A stretch of DNA of 64,000 nucleotides from an uncultured Candidatus Saccharibacteria bacterium (GCA_964479725.1 CAYZNF010000006.1:5518-69517); one strand, 5' to 3'. Counted from the first letter of the stretch, positions 42,928 through 52,424 are shown. Notes: a model not told the origin generated them from the sequence alone. Numbers and translations are program-made.

Positions 42928-43470
42928 ATGCCAATACAAATTCTTCCAAAAAACACCCAAAAGGGGGTTGAAGCATACCATAGAACGGAAAATATTATCG
43001 TGGCAATAGCTTTAATTGCCCTGCTTTCTGTGGCCGGCGCTTATTCTCTTTTGAGATTCGTTTTCGAAAATGAGCAGGAGAAAAAAAATGCTGACTGGCG
43101 CCAAGAGTTTGCGGAGGCCGGAGGAGCTGAACAGCGCCAAATGGAAGAAACCCTGGTGCAATACCAGGGCAAAATAAATGCGGTGCAGGCTCTTTTGGCG
43201 GGACAAAAAACCCCCATTCCCATGTTCGAATTCCTTGAGAAATATACCTTGCGGGGGGTTGCTTTTTCTTCAGCCAACATTTCGGTCGCAGAGGGGAAGA
43301 TGGATTTGGTTGGCACTGCCCCGAATTTCGCGATTTTACATCAGCAAATCCTTGTCATGCAGGGCAAAAGCGAGCTACGGGGAGCGGTATTTTCCGGGTT
43401 CAAAAAAGACGAAGACGGGAGGGCGGCATTTAGTTTATCGTTGCAATTTATACCCACACCAATAAAATGA
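42928..43470 (+). CDS. PilN-like bitopic pilus alignment protein
   Basis: Single N-terminal TM (IIVAIALIALLSVAGAYSLL). Size and position after pilM fit PilN. No strong motif. Confidence 0.45.
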   Translation: MPIQILPKNTQKGVEAYHRTENIIVAIALIALLSVAGAYSLLRFVFENEQEKKNADWRQEFAEAGGAEQRQMEETLVQYQGKINAVQALLAGQKTPIPMFEFLEKYTLRGVAFSSANISVAEGKMDLVGTAPNFAILHQQILVMQGKSELRGAVFSGFKKDEDGRAAFSLSLQFIPTPIK

Positions 43471-44027
43471 GCCTTCGCATTATCATTGCCACAATTTTAT
43501 TAGGATTTTCCATGCTTGGGATTGTTTTCTTGGTAATGCCAGAGTACCGGGAATATATTTCTTTGCGCACCGTGGGGAAGGGATTGCGGGAAAACATCGC
43601 CAATAAACAGGAATATTTTAAAGATTTACAGGCGGCAAACGAAGAACTCCAAAGATACCAGAGGCAGCTTTCGTTGATTGACTACGCTGTCCCGAGCAAT
43701 TCCCAGATACCTTTTACCTATCATATGTTCTCGAATATGGCGGATGCAAGGGGCGTAAGGGTTGACGATGTTGCCATTGGCGGCGGAGAAGCAGGAAAAG
43801 ACATAGCTTTTGCCACTGATTCTGCCAGCCAAACGCGTCCGACCGGCGTAACTCTTCAAATCAGGGGGTCGTACGAGAACATAAAAGACTACTTGGAATT
43901 TTTGAATAAGGTTGCCAGGATTATCCATATAGAGTCGGTCAACCTGGAGCCAGATGCCATTCCTGACGCTGAAGAACCCCCAGGAATTTATAGGGCGTCA
44001 ATAAACCTCAAAGTATTTTCTTATTGA
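43467..44027 (+). CDS. PilO-like bitopic pilus alignment protein
   Basis: N-terminal TM, coiled-coil segment (KQEYFKDLQAANEELQRYQRQL) and C-terminal alpha/beta region. 4-nt overlap with the upstream gene. Confidence 0.5.
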   Translation: MSLRIIIATILLGFSMLGIVFLVMPEYREYISLRTVGKGLRENIANKQEYFKDLQAANEELQRYQRQLSLIDYAVPSNSQIPFTYHMFSNMADARGVRVDDVAIGGGEAGKDIAFATDSASQTRPTGVTLQIRGSYENIKDYLEFLNKVARIIHIESVNLEPDAIPDAEEPPGIYRASINLKVFSY

Positions 44028-44034
44028 TATTGAT

Positions 44035-44301
44035 ATGGCAAATATAGAAGCACAGCGGAAAAAAATCCAGCAGTACCTGCCCGCAGTATTCATCCTGCTT
44101 GTTTTCGTAGCTATTGCTTTCCTGCTTTCCAGCAAAGAAAAGCAAGCGGAATTGCAGGTTATCTTGCCTTCTTTCTCATTTCCCAAGGTTGTGATCGATT
44201 TTAAAACGCTCGAAGCGATGAATGGCTTTGTTATTCCAGCCGATCCTATTGCCGCTCCCCAGCCAGGGGAGTATGGCAAGGACAATCCTTTTGCTCCGTA
44301 A
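44035..44301 (+). CDS. Small bitopic protein in the PilP position
   Basis: 88 aa, one TM (LPAVFILLVFVAIAFLL), ends GEYGKDNPFAP. Confidence 0.35.
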   Translation: MANIEAQRKKIQQYLPAVFILLVFVAIAFLLSSKEKQAELQVILPSFSFPKVVIDFKTLEAMNGFVIPADPIAAPQPGEYGKDNPFAP

Positions 44302-44307
44302 ATTTTC

Positions 44308-46032
44308 ATGGGAATTTTAGATTTTTTAGTTCAAAAAAATATCATAGGGGTCCAAGATGCGAAAACAATACGGGCCGAGGCCGAAACTTCTGGGAAAAAA
44401 CCAGAAGATATTTTGCTTGAGAAGGGTATGCTTAAAGAAGAAAGCTTGTTCCAATTGGAAAGCGAATTATTCGGCCTGCCTTTGCGCAGGGTAGATGCCG
44501 AGGATGTTCCCCTTAAAGCCCTCGAGCTTATTTCCGAGGAATCCGCGCGATATTACAAAATGGTTCCCATTGCCGCGGAGGGCAACCTGCTGGAGGTTGG
44601 CATGGTGTATCCAAAAGACACAAAAGCCCAGGGAGCTTTGCAATTCCTTTCAAGGCAGGGAAATTTTTCGTACAAAATATCCTTTATTGCTCCAAGCACA
44701 TTCGAGGCTTTAATGAAGCAGTACCGCAGCTTGAAGGGAGAGGTAAGGCGCGCCCTGGAAGAGCTGGAGCAGGAAGTAAAAACGCAAAAGAAGCCTGGAG
44801 AGGGAAAGCGTCAGGATAATTCGAGGATTGTGGAAGAGGCGCCCGTAACCAAAATGGTGGCGGTAATTGTGCGCAATGCCGTGGAGGGAGGGGCTTCTGA
44901 TATTCACATTGAGCCGACAAGGGAAAATTTGCGCGTGCGTTTCCGATTTTTGGGTGAATTGCATTCTTCGCTGTTTCTTCCGATAAAAGTCCATCCTGCG
45001 GTAATTGCCAGGATCAAGATTCTTTCGAATCTTAAGATTGACGAGACAAGAATTCCCCAGGACGGAAGGTTTTCCATGATAGTGGACAACAGGAATATTG
45101 ATTTTCGTGTGGCAATATTCCCGACAGCTTTGGGCGAGAAGGTTGCCCTGCGTATTTTGGATCCTGAAAGCGGCGCTAAAAATTTCCAGGATTTGGGCAT
45201 TGAAGGAACAAACCTGAATAAGATCCAGGAAGCAATGAAACGTCCGTTTGGGCTTATTTTGGTTACTGGTCCCACGGGTTCCGGGAAAACTACTACGCTA
45301 TATACCATGCTCCGTGAGCTGAACAATGAAACTGTCAATATTGTAAGTCTGGAAGATCCTGTTGAGTATTTGCTCCCGGGCATGAACCAGTCGCAGGTGC
45401 GTCCTGAAGTCAACTATGACTTTGCCCAGGGTCTGCGCCAGATATTGCGCCAAGACCCCGATATAATAATGGTTGGAGAGGTAAGAGACAGTGAAACCGC
45501 TACGCTTGTCATTCACGCTGCGCTGACCGGCCATCTTGTGCTATCAACGTTACACACCAACAACGCCTTTGGCGTCATTCCGCGTTTGGTGGATATGGGC
45601 GTTGAAAAATATTTGATTCCCGTAACATTGGCAGTGGCAGTTGCCCAGCGTTTGGTAAGGAAGTTATGCATTAATTGCAGGGAAGCCGTGAAAGCAAAAA
45701 AGGGCATGAAGGAGCTTATCATGAAAGAAACGGCAAATGCTTCTCCTGATTTTCAAAAGAAAGTCGAACCATATCTAAAAGACTTAAAGCTGTATCAGCC
45801 GAAAGGCTGCAAAAAATGCGGTTCTTCCGGATACTCGGGAAGATTGGGAGTATACGAAGCTCTTTCGATGACAGACGCGCTGGCCGGTATTATTTTAGAA
45901 GATCCTTCAGAGACCAAGGTGGCAGAAGAAGCAAAGCGGCAGGGCATGGTTACGATGTTTCAGGATGGCATCTTAAAGGCGCTTGACGGCATGACGACAA
46001 TAGAAGAGGTGTTGCGAGTGGCGGAAGACTAA
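44308..46032 (+). CDS. pilB: Type IV pilus assembly ATPase PilB (GspE family)
   Basis: T2SSE N-terminal domain, Walker A GPTGSGKTTTL, Asp/His boxes, and a tetracysteine motif CINC...CKKCGSSGYSGR. Confidence 0.9.
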   Translation: MGILDFLVQKNIIGVQDAKTIRAEAETSGKKPEDILLEKGMLKEESLFQLESELFGLPLRRVDAEDVPLKALELISEESARYYKMVPIAAEGNLLEVGMVYPKDTKAQGALQFLSRQGNFSYKISFIAPSTFEALMKQYRSLKGEVRRALEELEQEVKTQKKPGEGKRQDNSRIVEEAPVTKMVAVIVRNAVEGGASDIHIEPTRENLRVRFRFLGELHSSLFLPIKVHPAVIARIKILSNLKIDETRIPQDGRFSMIVDNRNIDFRVAIFPTALGEKVALRILDPESGAKNFQDLGIEGTNLNKIQEAMKRPFGLILVTGPTGSGKTTTLYTMLRELNNETVNIVSLEDPVEYLLPGMNQSQVRPEVNYDFAQGLRQILRQDPDIIMVGEVRDSETATLVIHAALTGHLVLSTLHTNNAFGVIPRLVDMGVEKYLIPVTLAVAVAQRLVRKLCINCREAVKAKKGMKELIMKETANASPDFQKKVEPYLKDLKLYQPKGCKKCGSSGYSGRLGVYEALSMTDALAGIILEDPSETKVAEEAKRQGMVTMFQDGILKALDGMTTIEEVLRVAED

Positions 46033-46039
46033 TAAACAC

Positions 46040-46408
46040 ATGTATATGGCAAAAATTTTACTTGTTGAAGACGACGCGATGTTGATTGATATTTATACCA
46101 CCAAACTTCGGGAGGCGAACTTTGAAGTGGAAGTGGCGCAAGACGGACAGGAAGCCTTGCGCGTGGTGGCGGAAAAAAATCCCGATATCATGCTGCTCGA
46201 CATTGTCCTGCCGCACATGGACGGGTGGGAGGTTTTGGAACAGCTAAAGACAAATCGTCCGGCAAACCTCAAGATTTTCGTGTTTTCAAACCTTAGCCAG
46301 AAAGATGAGATTGAAAGGGGAGCAGGCCTTGGTGTTGATAAATACTTGATCAAGGCGCATTATACGCCAAGCCAGGTCATTGAAGAAATCAAAAAAACAA
46401 TTGGATAA
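46040..46408 (+). CDS. Stand-alone response-regulator receiver (CheY-like) domain
   Basis: ILLVEDD, phospho-acceptor context IMLLDIVLPHMDGWE, and conserved FSNL..K (T/S and K positions). Confidence 0.8.
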   Translation: MYMAKILLVEDDAMLIDIYTTKLREANFEVEVAQDGQEALRVVAEKNPDIMLLDIVLPHMDGWEVLEQLKTNRPANLKIFVFSNLSQKDEIERGAGLGVDKYLIKAHYTPSQVIEEIKKTIG

Positions 46409-46415
46409 AATTCCT

Positions 46416-47495
46416 ATGCCCCAAAATGCCCAGCAAAAACTTAAATCAGTCCTCGATCTTACCATAGACCAAAACGCTTCAGACCTGCACTTGTCGGAAG
46501 GCATGCCTCCCGTGTTGAGAATTTCAAGACAGCTTGTGCACATGACTCGTGAAAAAGCGCTGTCGAAAGAGGATGTTGCCGAATTAAGCCAGGCGTTATT
46601 GACGCCTGTACAGCAGGGAAAACTCGAAAAAGACAGGGACGTTGACTTTTCCTACAAACATGAAGAGCGGGCGCGATTCAGGGTTAACATCTTCTACCAG
46701 CAAGACTCTTTGAGTATTGTATTGCGATTGATACCAACCCAAATCCGTACTTTGGAGGAATTGGGTCTGCCGCCTATTCTGCATCGGTTTGCTGAAATTA
46801 CCCAGGGATTTGTGCTGGTTACCGGCCCCTCCAGCCATGGAAAATCAACAACTCTCGCCGCGTTAATTGACGAAATCAACCATACCAGGGCAAGCCATAT
46901 CATAACCATAGAAGATCCCATAGAATATGTGTTTAAGCAGGATAAATCAATAATAGACCAGCGCGAGGTTTTCCAGGATGCTACTTCTTTTGAACGCGCT
47001 TTGCGGGCGACCTTCAGGCAGGATCCCGATGTAATTATGGTGGGTGAAATGCGAGATCCCGAAACTATCGCCACGGCAATCAGCGCGGCTGAAACCGGGC
47101 ATTTGGTGTTTGCCACTCTGCACACCAATTCTGCCAGCCAAAGCATGCACCGTATCCTGGATTCTTTTCCTCCGGAACAGCAGGCCCAGGTAAGAGCCCA
47201 GCTTGCTTCTTCTTTGTCTGGCATTGTTTCCCAGCGTTTGGTTCCTGGCATGAAAGGAGAGCTTGTACCGGCAGTTGAAGTGCTTTTTTCCACTCCCGCT
47301 GTAGCCAACCTGATACGAGAAAACAAAGCGCACGAAATTCCATTTGTTATCGAAACTTCCGCCGCCGAAGGTATGATTTCTTTGAACCGTTCTTTGGCGG
47401 CCTTGGTAAGAGCGGGTAAAATAACTATTGAAAACGCGATGGCGTATTCTTTGGATTCAAATGAATTGCGAAAACTCGTAAAAACCCGATGGTAA
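46416..47495 (+). CDS. pilT: Type IV pilus retraction ATPase PilT
   Basis: ASDLHL, Walker A GPSSHGKSTTL, GEMRDPETI, TGHLVFATLHTN, AHEIP motif. The start is moved to Met 46416 to avoid overlap with the receiver gene (ORF track 46380). Confidence 0.88.
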   Translation: MPQNAQQKLKSVLDLTIDQNASDLHLSEGMPPVLRISRQLVHMTREKALSKEDVAELSQALLTPVQQGKLEKDRDVDFSYKHEERARFRVNIFYQQDSLSIVLRLIPTQIRTLEELGLPPILHRFAEITQGFVLVTGPSSHGKSTTLAALIDEINHTRASHIITIEDPIEYVFKQDKSIIDQREVFQDATSFERALRATFRQDPDVIMVGEMRDPETIATAISAAETGHLVFATLHTNSASQSMHRILDSFPPEQQAQVRAQLASSLSGIVSQRLVPGMKGELVPAVEVLFSTPAVANLIRENKAHEIPFVIETSAAEGMISLNRSLAALVRAGKITIENAMAYSLDSNELRKLVKTRW

Positions 47496-47499
47496 ACCC

Positions 47500-48714
47500 A
47501 TGAAGTTTAACTATCAGGCCAGAAACGGCAGGGGAGAGCTTAAAGACGGAGTTGTCGAAGCGGCCTCCGAGGACGGCGCTTTGGACGTATTAAGCCAGAG
47601 CGGCTGGTTTATCACAAAGCTTTCGCCAGCAGACGACAAGCCTATATATCAAAAAGATATACAGGTGTTTAACTCTGTTTCGGTAAAAGATGTCATGATC
47701 TTTTCCCGCCAGCTTTCTATTCTTGTGGTATCGCAGGTGTCTTTGATAGACGCTCTTTTCGCCCTGGCAAAACAGGTTGACAAAAAGCAATTCAGGGAAA
47801 TAATCAGGCATATTCAAGAGGAGGTAGAGGCTGGAACAGCATTGTCAAAGGCTTGCTCCAAGTACCCCAAGGTTTTCTCGCCTTTTTATGTAAGTATGTT
47901 GAGAAGCGGCGAAGCTTCGGGAAAGCTTTCTGAAGTATTGCAGTTTTTAGCCGAGCACTTGGAAAGGGAAAACGAGCTCACCAGCAAGGTAAAAGGAGCC
48001 ATGATTTACCCAGCGTTCATATTGCTTGTGGTGGTAGCTGTTATTTTGTTGATGACATTTTTTGTCATTCCCAATGTTTCCAGTCTTTTGGAGGGCACCA
48101 CAGGCGAAAAACAGCTACCTTTTATCACAAGAGCAATACTTGGTTTTACCGATTTTGTCATTGCCTGGTGGTGGCTTTTGCTGGGGGGCTTGGTTGTGGC
48201 TGGAATATTTTTCATGCAGTTTCGGGTTACCCCCCAAGGCAAGCGCGCAATAAGCAGGATAATTCTTGCTGTGCCGATTTTATCTCGCATATTAAAGCTT
48301 ACTTATCTTGCCCGTTTTGCCGAAAACGTCTCCACCTTGATAGTCGGAGGCATTTCAATTGTGCAGGCTTTGGAAATCACCGGGCAGGTGGTAGATAACG
48401 TCATTTACCAGGATATCTTAAAGGAAACAACCGATGCCGTGAGGAATGGAGAGCCAATGAGTTCTGTTTTAAGGCGTTATCCCGAAGAATTTCCTCCCGT
48501 GTTTACCCAAATGGTGTATGTTGGAGAGCAGTCAGGATCTTTGGACACAACGCTTGCCGGAGTTGTCGGTTTTTACCGCAGGGAAGTGAACCGTTTGGTT
48601 GATAATATGCTGGGGTTAATGGAGCCTTTTTTGATTGTTGTTCTTGGAGTTGTTGTCGGAGGAATTATGGTTGCCATTATGCTGCCGATTTATCAAGGGA
48701 TTACTTCGATATAA
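47500..48714 (+). CDS. pilC: Type IV pilus platform protein PilC (GspF family)
   Basis: Two GspF-type repeats (FSRQLSILVVSQVSLIDAL..., LARFAENVSTLIVGGISIVQAL...), 3 TM segments, 404 aa. Confidence 0.88.
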   Translation: MKFNYQARNGRGELKDGVVEAASEDGALDVLSQSGWFITKLSPADDKPIYQKDIQVFNSVSVKDVMIFSRQLSILVVSQVSLIDALFALAKQVDKKQFREIIRHIQEEVEAGTALSKACSKYPKVFSPFYVSMLRSGEASGKLSEVLQFLAEHLERENELTSKVKGAMIYPAFILLVVVAVILLMTFFVIPNVSSLLEGTTGEKQLPFITRAILGFTDFVIAWWWLLLGGLVVAGIFFMQFRVTPQGKRAISRIILAVPILSRILKLTYLARFAENVSTLIVGGISIVQALEITGQVVDNVIYQDILKETTDAVRNGEPMSSVLRRYPEEFPPVFTQMVYVGEQSGSLDTTLAGVVGFYRREVNRLVDNMLGLMEPFLIVVLGVVVGGIMVAIMLPIYQGITSI

Positions 48715-48849
48715 TGGGAAAAAAGTTTTCCACATTGTGAAGTTTGCGCTTTGCATTTATAATAAGTTGCAATGGCTGCTCAACAATGAGCGGCATTAAC
48801 CATAAAGGTCAACTATTAGTAAAAGGTCAAAAAAATTATAGCAATAAAT

Positions 48850-49395
48850 TTGTTTTATATGTTTGATAGACTGAAAAAGCACGCAAAAGGTTTTACGCTT
48901 ATTGAGTTGCTGGTTGTTATCGCTATTATCGGTATCTTGGCGGGTATTGTGCTGGTGTCGTTTGGCGGTGTTCAGGGACGAGCGCGAGACGCCCAGCGGG
49001 TTTCTGACATTAGGCAAGCTATAACAATTCTTCAGGCAGAGGGGTTTGAAAGCACATCCGCCTTAGCGGGATGTGTTCTTGCTACTGGTGCAAATGAATT
49101 GAAGGCGTGTACGGGGCCTGGAGATATAAACTTGTTTTCTACTACGCCCCTAGAAGATCCTCAAAGTTCTGCTGCACTCCCATGCAATGCTACGAACGGA
49201 ATTACGAACTGTGACTATAGCATTAGTGCCTCTGCCGCTGTCACAGCCCCTACGCTTGCAAACTGGGAAATATGCTTCTATCTCGAAAATGGAACAGGAG
49301 GATTATCGTCAGGAAGCGTGAGTGCGACAAACGACGGCAGTTCTGGAGAAGTTGATTTTCAGCTTGTGAATGAAGATTGCGAAATTCCAGCATAG
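48850..49395 (+). CDS. Type IV (major) pilin
   Basis: Class III signal HAKG/FTLIELLVVIAIIGILAGIV with Glu+5. The C-terminal region contains Cys pairs. Confidence 0.85.
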   Translation: MFYMFDRLKKHAKGFTLIELLVVIAIIGILAGIVLVSFGGVQGRARDAQRVSDIRQAITILQAEGFESTSALAGCVLATGANELKACTGPGDINLFSTTPLEDPQSSAALPCNATNGITNCDYSISASAAVTAPTLANWEICFYLENGTGGLSSGSVSATNDGSSGEVDFQLVNEDCEIPA

Positions 49396-49463
49396 TGCAG
49401 GAAACGATATAATGCAGAAAAGAAGCGCGAAAGCGCTTCTTTTCTTTTAAAAGGTATGGTTTT

Positions 49464-50438
49464 TTGTATAATAATAGTATGTCTATTTTTACAATTGATG
49501 GTTTATCTAATGAATTTATTAAAAAATCTCATGTTTGGATATTCGCCGTGCTTTTGGCGTTTGTCGGAATCGGGGGGGCTGTTTTAAGTTTGCTTATAGC
49601 GTGGGGAGGGTTGGCTGTTTTGCAGGATATTTTATCCATTCTGCCCAAAAAAATACTTGTCGTGTTTATCGCAACTCTTTTGGCAAGCGTTTTTTCTTCT
49701 GTTTTAATGCTCAAGTTTGCAGTATTTTATATTGCCAAAAAAACAGCCATCGCCGAAAGCGAGGTAAAATACTATGCTATAGCCTTGAGCGCCATAGGCA
49801 TAATCGCTTTTCTAATCAGTTTTCTTTTTATCGGGGATCTTTGGTCTGGCATGGGTTCCCAGCGCTTTTTGTTCAGTGGAGGAGCTGCGCTGGGTTTGGG
49901 CGCAGTTTTGTTCGTGACTGGTATTATTTGGCTCGACCCTTTGTGTAAAGCCGTACTTCCCACAACTAGCAGGCAGTTTGCTTCCCCGCGGGATATCGCA
50001 CTTTTTCTTATTGTTCTGGCTCTTGTCGGGGCAATGTTTTTTGCCGCGGCAAACAGAAGTTACTTGGTCCAAAATCAGAGGGATAGAGATACCGCCAGAA
50101 TGAGCGGCTTCCCTGTTTTAGTTGCCGCTATTGAGACGTATTTTAGGGATAAGGGTGATTATCCTAAGGATTTAAAGGAACTTTCTGCCCTGCCTCAAGA
50201 TAACAAGTCCGGTTATCTGTATCATTATTGCCAGGAGCAGGGATATTATCATCTTGGAGTGCTTCTCGAGTCTAAAAAATCTTTGGCTTTAGGTATGGAT
50301 CGCGATTATAAGGCCTGTGATGAAGACGATTTTTCAGGCCAAGATCCCATGCTCGACGTCATCGGCCACGCAGACGTTAGCCAAGCAGAAAAAAAACTAA
50401 TCCTCGATCATTGCATAAAGGGCATAAAGGCAACCTAG
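49464..50438 (+). CDS. Polytopic membrane protein with a C-terminal pilin/GspG-head-like soluble domain (no prepilin signal)
   Basis: About 6 hydrophobic helices, then RDRDTARMSGFPVLVAAIETYFRDKGDYPKDLKEL, which resembles the alpha1C/head region of T2SS/T4P pilins (A..AIE.Y..D.G.YP..L..L). Confidence 0.4.
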   Translation: MYNNSMSIFTIDGLSNEFIKKSHVWIFAVLLAFVGIGGAVLSLLIAWGGLAVLQDILSILPKKILVVFIATLLASVFSSVLMLKFAVFYIAKKTAIAESEVKYYAIALSAIGIIAFLISFLFIGDLWSGMGSQRFLFSGGAALGLGAVLFVTGIIWLDPLCKAVLPTTSRQFASPRDIALFLIVLALVGAMFFAAANRSYLVQNQRDRDTARMSGFPVLVAAIETYFRDKGDYPKDLKELSALPQDNKSGYLYHYCQEQGYYHLGVLLESKKSLALGMDRDYKACDEDDFSGQDPMLDVIGHADVSQAEKKLILDHCIKGIKAT

Positions 50439-50505
50439 CCAAAAACCTCTTCCTAATTTATACGTACGGATAAATAAGAAAGAGGTTTAAACGGATAAAG
50501 GGTGG

Positions 50506-51078
50506 CTAAACGAGCTGAAAGTGTTCTTTTATGGATGCATCGAATCCAATTTTTTCTGCTGTGATAAGGCGTACTTCTTCTTCAAGTCCGAAAAAATCAC
50601 GCAGAATTTGAATTTCCGGCTTGCAAGGAAAGGGATGTACCCACACACTCTTCTGAAGAGGAATAAATCCAAGTTCTCGCAGTTTAGCTCTGAAAGCGTT
50701 GCGATGAAGCACTTTAAGATTTGCAATATCAAACAGAATAATGCGCCATTTTCCATCCCATTTTTTAGGTTTGGAAATGCAAAGATCGTCAATTTGCATG
50801 TATCCGGCCAATTCTTTGCCCTTTTGAGTAAGGGAAATGCGGAAGTCATGCCCGTTTCGTTCCATATGGATAAGTCCTTTTCTGCGCAGGCGTGTGAAGG
50901 TGTCTGTAACTTCCCGCCTTTTGTATGCTTTCCTGTTTTTAAATGCCTTATAAAATATAGAGCCAGCGTATGGCGATGTTGTGGCAATGGAAAGAATGCC
51001 AGCCATAGCAAGCGTTTTAACGATATCTTTGGCAATGGCAGAACGTGGTTTCTTAAAATAGTATTTGTATTTTCTCAT
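50506..51078 (-). CDS. Putative winged-helix regulator (PaaX-like; tentative)
   Basis: FRAKLRELGFIPLQKSVWVHPFP and a C-terminal region resembling PaaX-type proteins. It is the only minus-strand gene inside the pil cluster. Confidence 0.4.
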   Translation of the reverse strand: MRKYKYYFKKPRSAIAKDIVKTLAMAGILSIATTSPYAGSIFYKAFKNRKAYKRREVTDTFTRLRRKGLIHMERNGHDFRISLTQKGKELAGYMQIDDLCISKPKKWDGKWRIILFDIANLKVLHRNAFRAKLRELGFIPLQKSVWVHPFPCKPEIQILRDFFGLEEEVRLITAEKIGFDASIKEHFQLV

Positions 51079-51191
51079 AGTAACTTGTTACATGAGTTAT
51101 TTGATAAGCTTAAAAGCACTTCCTTAATTATACGTACGTATAATTAAGGAAGTAAATTGTAGATAAAAAGGGGAGGGGGTATAATAAGCAA

Positions 51192-52094
51192 ATGATTGTG
51201 GGTGTTGTGGCAATAGTTTTTGTGTTGGGGTTGATTGTTGGCAGTTTTTTGAATGTCGTCATTTGGCGCTTGCAAACGGGGGAGAGCGTGGCTAAAGGGC
51301 GTTCGTATTGTCCCCGGTGCCGTCATCAATTGGCCTGGTATGATTTAATGCCTGTTTTGAGCTTTGCAATGCTCCGGGGCAGGTGCAGGTACTGCAAAAA
51401 GCCTATTTCCATTCAGTACCCTCTAGTAGAGCTGGGAACGGCAATGGTTTTCTTTCTAATAGCTAATTACCAATTCCCCCTCCTTCGCCAAGGCTTCGGC
51501 GGGCAAGTAATTTCCAATGAAATAGCAGTTGGTCCAGCGCAATTTGCGTCTTTGCTGTATCTTTTTGCTATTGCCAGTTTGCTTATCGTCATTTTCGTTT
51601 ATGATTTAAAGCACTTTTTGATTCCAGACAAAATTCTTTTTCCCGCAATCGGTTTAGCTTTTGCATGGAAAGTTTTTGAGCATGTACAGTTTTCCCAGGT
51701 ATCTGAAAGGGGATTAGTCCTTTTGGATCCCATAAATATGTTTTTCGGTTTTGGCATCGTGAATCCGCTCATGAACGCTCTGTTTGCCGCTCTCATCGGT
51801 TTTGGATTTTTCCTGGCTGTTTTTGCTGTTTCCCGGGGCCGGTGGATGGGCTTTGGAGATGTTAAACTGGCATTGTTTATGGGATTGTTCCTTGGCTGGC
51901 CCAATCTTCTTGTTGCGCTATTTGTTGCGTTTGTTGTTGGTGCTATAATAGGCATAGTACTGATTAGTTTGAAAAGGAAGGGGTTGAAAAGCGAAGTGCC
52001 TTTCGGACCGTTTTTGATTTTCGGGACGCTCGCGGCATTTTTGTGGGGCGATTTTCTCTTGCAAAAATATTTTGAAATAATAATGTTCGCGTGA
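51192..52094 (+). CDS. pilD: Prepilin peptidase (A24 family, PilD)
   Basis: CPRCRHQLAWYDLMPVLSFAMLRGRCRYCKKPISIQYPLVEL Zn-finger region. Catalytic Asp contexts FVYDLKHFLIPD and GFGDVKL. Confidence 0.88.
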   Translation: MIVGVVAIVFVLGLIVGSFLNVVIWRLQTGESVAKGRSYCPRCRHQLAWYDLMPVLSFAMLRGRCRYCKKPISIQYPLVELGTAMVFFLIANYQFPLLRQGFGGQVISNEIAVGPAQFASLLYLFAIASLLIVIFVYDLKHFLIPDKILFPAIGLAFAWKVFEHVQFSQVSERGLVLLDPINMFFGFGIVNPLMNALFAALIGFGFFLAVFAVSRGRWMGFGDVKLALFMGLFLGWPNLLVALFVAFVVGAIIGIVLISLKRKGLKSEVPFGPFLIFGTLAAFLWGDFLLQKYFEIIMFA

Positions 52095-52402
52095 TGGATC
52101 AGCAATTTGATCAAAAGAATACGTTGAATTCCAATCTCTTGCTTGGGATTGGATTAATTGTTATTTTGATACTTTTGACCGTATCCAGCTTATTTTTGTA
52201 CTTCAATATACAAAGAGTGGAAAAAAAGATTAACATCTTTATCGAGCAAACCACGAAAGCCGCCCAATCCCAGGCGTCCGGTTCGTATACGCCAAACGAG
52301 ACGAGCGTTTTTCCTTCTGGTTCTGGCACTCAATCAAATCCTACTCCTCGTTCTTCTGGTCGCAGTCAACCACCTCCACCCGCTCCCGCCGATTCATTTT
52401 AG
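52091..52402 (+). CDS. Small bitopic protein with a Ser/Thr/Pro-rich tail
   Basis: TM LLLGIGLIVILILLTVSSLFLYF and tail SGSGTQSNPTPRSSGRSQPPPPAP. Overlaps the pilD stop. Confidence 0.4.
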   Translation: MMDQQFDQKNTLNSNLLLGIGLIVILILLTVSSLFLYFNIQRVEKKINIFIEQTTKAAQSQASGSYTPNETSVFPSGSGTQSNPTPRSSGRSQPPPPAPADSF

Positions 52403-52424
52403 TAAATATTTTAGCATTATTGCG

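Noticed and set aside
48715-48849. Promoter call upstream of the major pilin gene
   Set aside because: Several AT-rich hexamers are present (e.g. tttgcg...tataat-like), but none has convincing -35/-10 spacing. Unlike the two full-consensus promoters at 32423 and 33766, it is not reported as a feature.
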